From positions 11,546 through 75,545 of the forward strand of contig CAYHQQ010000011.1 of the NCBI GenBank assembly GCA_964358855.1: a stretch of DNA of 64,000 nucleotides. The letters are read 5' to 3'. Position numbers and translations under genes: made by a program. Shown piece after piece: positions 61,852-64,000 of the stretch (position 1 is the first letter of the stretch; the number at the start of each line of letters is the position of its first letter). The stretch is from an uncultured Phycisphaeraceae bacterium (GTDB lineage Bacteria > Planctomycetota > Phycisphaerae > Phycisphaerales > UBA1924). The notes beneath the pieces were generated by a model. That model was not told the DNA's origin. It did not search any database and worked only from the letters and a program-made list of their open reading frames with translations.

Positions 61852-63066
61852 ATGAACGTGACGATTCTTGCCTCAGCGGTCGCACTGCTTTCGCTTTTCG
61901 CCGCCGAACCACCCAAGCCCGCTGACCCCGCGTCCAAAATCACCGTCGCCGCCTACTACTTCGGCAACTACCACCCGGGCGATTCCCGAAACGTCAAGAC
62001 CAAGGGCAAGGACTGGTCGGAGTGGGAGCTTGTGAAGGCCGCCAAGCCGCGATTTCCCGGGCATCACCAGCCCAACGTGCCCTTGTGGGGCTACCTCGAC
62101 GAGTCGGACCCCAAGGTGATGGCCCAGAAGATCGACGCCGCCGCCGACCACGGAGTCGACGCGTTCATCTTCGACTGGTACTCCTACGACGACGGCCCGT
62201 TCCTCGAGAAGCCCATCGAGCAGGGCTTTCTCAAAGCGTCCAACAACAACCGAATCAAATTCGCCTTCATGTGGGCCAACCACGACTGGCAGGAGCTTCA
62301 CCCGTACAAAAAGGGCACGCCCCAGCCTGTGCTGTATCCGGGGCGTGTGACTCCCAAGACGTTTGAGAAGATTTGCGACAGCCTGATCAAGGACACGTTC
62401 TCGCACCCGTCATACTGGAAGATCGATGGCAAGCCGTATTTCTCGTTCTACGACCTCACCAAGCTGCTCGACAGCTTCGGCTCGGTGAAGGAAACCCGGG
62501 CGGCCCTCGACGCGTTCCGTGCAAAGGCGGTGGCCGCGGGGTTGCCGGGGCTGCACCTCAACGCCGTGGCGTGGGGCCAGCCGATCTTGCCGGCGGAGAA
62601 GGTGCCCGTGGATTCGGCCGCCCTGGTGCGCGACCTTGGGTTCGATTCGGTGACGTCGTACGTGTGGATCCACCACGCGGGCATGCCCAGGCAGCAGACC
62701 GACTACAACGAAGTCCGCGACACGTACTTCAGGTACTGGGACGAGGCCCAGAAGAAGTTCGGCGTGCCGTACTGCCCCAACGTGACGATGGGCTGGGACT
62801 CCAGCCCCCGGTGCAACCAGAGCGACACGTTCGACGCGTCGGGCTACCCGTTCACCAACACCATCAGCGGCAACACCCCCGAGCGATTCCGCACCGCCCT
62901 GGAAATGACGAGAGATCGCCTGCTCGCCGACCCCAAGGGGCCTCACATCCTCAACATCAACTGCTGGAACGAATGGACCGAGGGGAGCTATCTTGAGCCC
63001 GACATTGTAAATGGGTTCAAATACCTCGAGGCAGTTCGAGATATCTTCGCGCCAAAGTCGAAGTAG
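61852..63066 (+). CDS. WbsX-like / glycoside hydrolase family 99-like domain protein, secreted
   Basis: Signal peptide. VAAYYFGNYHP...WELVK...PGHHQP..PLWGYLDESDP...HGVDAFIFDWY matches the Glyco_tran_WbsX pattern as I remember it. Confidence 0.75.
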   Translation: MNVTILASAVALLSLFAAEPPKPADPASKITVAAYYFGNYHPGDSRNVKTKGKDWSEWELVKAAKPRFPGHHQPNVPLWGYLDESDPKVMAQKIDAAADHGVDAFIFDWYSYDDGPFLEKPIEQGFLKASNNNRIKFAFMWANHDWQELHPYKKGTPQPVLYPGRVTPKTFEKICDSLIKDTFSHPSYWKIDGKPYFSFYDLTKLLDSFGSVKETRAALDAFRAKAVAAGLPGLHLNAVAWGQPILPAEKVPVDSAALVRDLGFDSVTSYVWIHHAGMPRQQTDYNEVRDTYFRYWDEAQKKFGVPYCPNVTMGWDSSPRCNQSDTFDASGYPFTNTISGNTPERFRTALEMTRDRLLADPKGPHILNINCWNEWTEGSYLEPDIVNGFKYLEAVRDIFAPKSK

Positions 63067-63185
63067 CGGGGGAGGGGCGGCACAGAGGAAACTTCCTCGA
63101 CGTTGCGCCGCAGGTAGACACCCCAAAGACCTGGCGTCTCGCGTCCGCCGCACGCCGAGTTCGCGAGCGTGCGGTAGAGTCCGAC

Positions 63186-63425
63186 ATGACAAAACAACCA
63201 CTCAATCCGTCGGCCAAGGGACCCAACTCGGCTGACGATTGTGGGAGCGACCCCGCCGTCCGCCGGCCGGACGCGGCAACGCGGACTTCGCCCATTCTCC
63301 TCGCGTTCGTCCGCGAGTGGATGGAGAACTCAGCCCAGGCTCGGGCCATGGCCAGAGTGCGGGGCACCCAGGTGAACCCACCGATCACCCAGATCGGCCT
63401 CGACAACAGAACTCGCGCGGCCTGA
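63186..63425 (+). CDS. possible small hypothetical protein (79 aa)
   Basis: Only moderately coding-like GC3. No SD and no motif. The overlapping antisense 193-aa ORF is Arg-rich junk. Confidence 0.3.
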   Translation: MTKQPLNPSAKGPNSADDCGSDPAVRRPDAATRTSPILLAFVREWMENSAQARAMARVRGTQVNPPITQIGLDNRTRAA

Positions 63426-63461
63426 CGATTCGCCCGACGCCTGCATCGTGAGGTATCGTGC

Positions 63462-63518
63462 CACTCATGTCGCCCACCCTTGCTCCCGAATACCAGCACC
63501 TTCGCAGCGACATGAGTG
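63462..63518. repeat. perfect 12-bp inverted repeat (CACTCATGTCGC ... GCGACATGAGTG) with 33-nt loop
   Basis: Read directly. Followed by a CCTTTCGTTT T-rich tract. Lies in the 258-nt region upstream of hutH. Confidence 0.5.
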
Positions 63519-63683
63519 CGCCTTTCGTTTGCGAGGCGACCCACTTCTCTCCCCACGCCAATTCCCCGCCTCGATTCGCAGGTCGTGGGAAACGACAACG
63601 CTTAGTCACTTAACATAACCATTGTTCTCGGACGTTATAGATGAAGTTCGGGCTTGCAGGGGGTACTGATAGACTCCCGCCCA

Positions 63684-64000
63684 ATGCCCCAAGTCACTCT
63701 CGACACACTCCCTCTCAACGTTGCCGACGTCCTGGCCGTCGCCCGCGCGCAGGCCAAGGTCTCCATCGCACCAAAGTCCGCTCAGGCCATGGCCTCCGCT
63801 CGCAAGGGTGTTGATGCCGCACTTCGCGATGGCCTGGCCCACTATGGGCTCAACACCGGCTTTGGATCCCTCGCCCGCACTCGGATCGCCGGCGATCAGC
63901 TGCGGGCGTTGCAGCGGAATCTCGTGAGGTCCCACGCCGCGGGAGTCGGTGAACCATTGGCGACCGAGGTCGTGCGGGGGACGATGCTGATTCTGGCCGC
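63684..64000 (+). CDS. hutH: histidine ammonia-lyase, 3'-truncated by window edge
   Basis: My own translation from ATG 63684: MPQVTLDTLPLNVADVLAVARAQAKVSI...HYGLNTGFGSLARTRIAGDQLRALQRNLVRSHAAGVGEPL. This is the HAL/PAL N-terminal signature. It is absent from the ORF track because it has no stop inside the window. Confidence 0.85.
   Translation, partial: MPQVTLDTLPLNVADVLAVARAQAKVSIAPKSAQAMASARKGVDAALRDGLAHYGLNTGFGSLARTRIAGDQLRALQRNLVRSHAAGVGEPLATEVVRGTMLILA

Noticed and set aside
63017-63598. A 193-aa minus-strand ORF between the WbsX-like gene and hutH.
   Set aside because: It has Arg-rich shadow-frame composition, no motif and no SD.

Overview
The window is high-GC (about mid-60s % by eye) and gene-dense. 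I call about 60 protein genes and one tRNA. I saw no rRNA, CRISPR array, transposase or integrase. The host is a diderm bacterium (LpxB, an OmpA-family protein, a beta-barrel porin, many lipobox lipoproteins). The overall flavour resembles Planctomycetota/PVC, but the taxon cannot be proven from this window. CDS coordinates include the stop codon, as in the ORF track. Many ORF-track N-termini were trimmed to starts supported by a Shine-Dalgarno-like GGAG, a signal peptide, or an ATGA/GTGA overlap with the upstream gene.

Layout:
- 1-6.0 kb: a 5'-partial hypothetical gene and a 1683-aa GspK-like giant protein.
- 6229-6302: tRNA-Pro(TGG).
- 6.5-12 kb: exported thiol-redox and protease genes (thioredoxin-like, S1 protease, DUF3179-peroxiredoxin fusion, small lipoprotein), then DUF2934, a receiver-like protein and an AhpD-like protein.
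- 12-14.2 kb: a PP2C phosphatase, a sigma-region-4-only protein and MTA phosphorylase, all translationally linked.
- 14.4-29.5 kb: the most interesting part, an arsenosugar-type organoarsenical locus in two blocks. Block 1 is arsM-like, a PiT transporter, radical-SAM ArsS-like and TetR. Block 2 is a TVP38-DUF547 fusion, an FAD disulfide reductase, a GT-C membrane glycosyltransferase and a GT2-DUF2064-GT2 triple fusion. An AhpD/tautomerase/hydrolase/DUF1348/SDR set lies between the blocks.
- 29.4-31.0 kb: an ECF sigma/anti-sigma pair flanks the locus.

Key sequence-level observation: a bipartite palindromic motif, AGGGAATAG-N16-ATTCCCTTC (an ECF-promoter-like GGAAT-N18-(A/G)TT), is identical upstream of arsM and of block 2. 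Degenerate copies with exactly the same spacing sit in front of the ECF sigma gene and twice in the divergent region at 10.15-10.3 kb. This suggests a single regulon covering roughly 6.5-31 kb.

The remainder (31-64 kb) is mostly ordinary:
- a porin / CHASE4 histidine kinase / REC-GGDEF-EAL operon
- two secreted amidohydrolases, DinB, AraC-GyrI, VOC proteins, an acetolactate-decarboxylase-like lipoprotein
- a PTP(CX5R)-cytochrome c (CxxCH) fusion lipoprotein, a CPBP protease
- xseA/xseB, a long prepilin peptidase, an OmpA-like protein, csrA, Nfu
- a lipoprotein with a JAMM-like motif, lpxB, gcvT, LOG, citrate synthase, a methyltransferase, GNAT
- a tail-fibre-like protein with an S74 chaperone domain, a low-GC orphan ORF, a WbsX/GH99-like protein and the 5' end of hutH

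A ~20-nt REP-like motif (CTCGCTGACGC(G)TCGGGCTC) recurs four times in gene-end intergenic regions.
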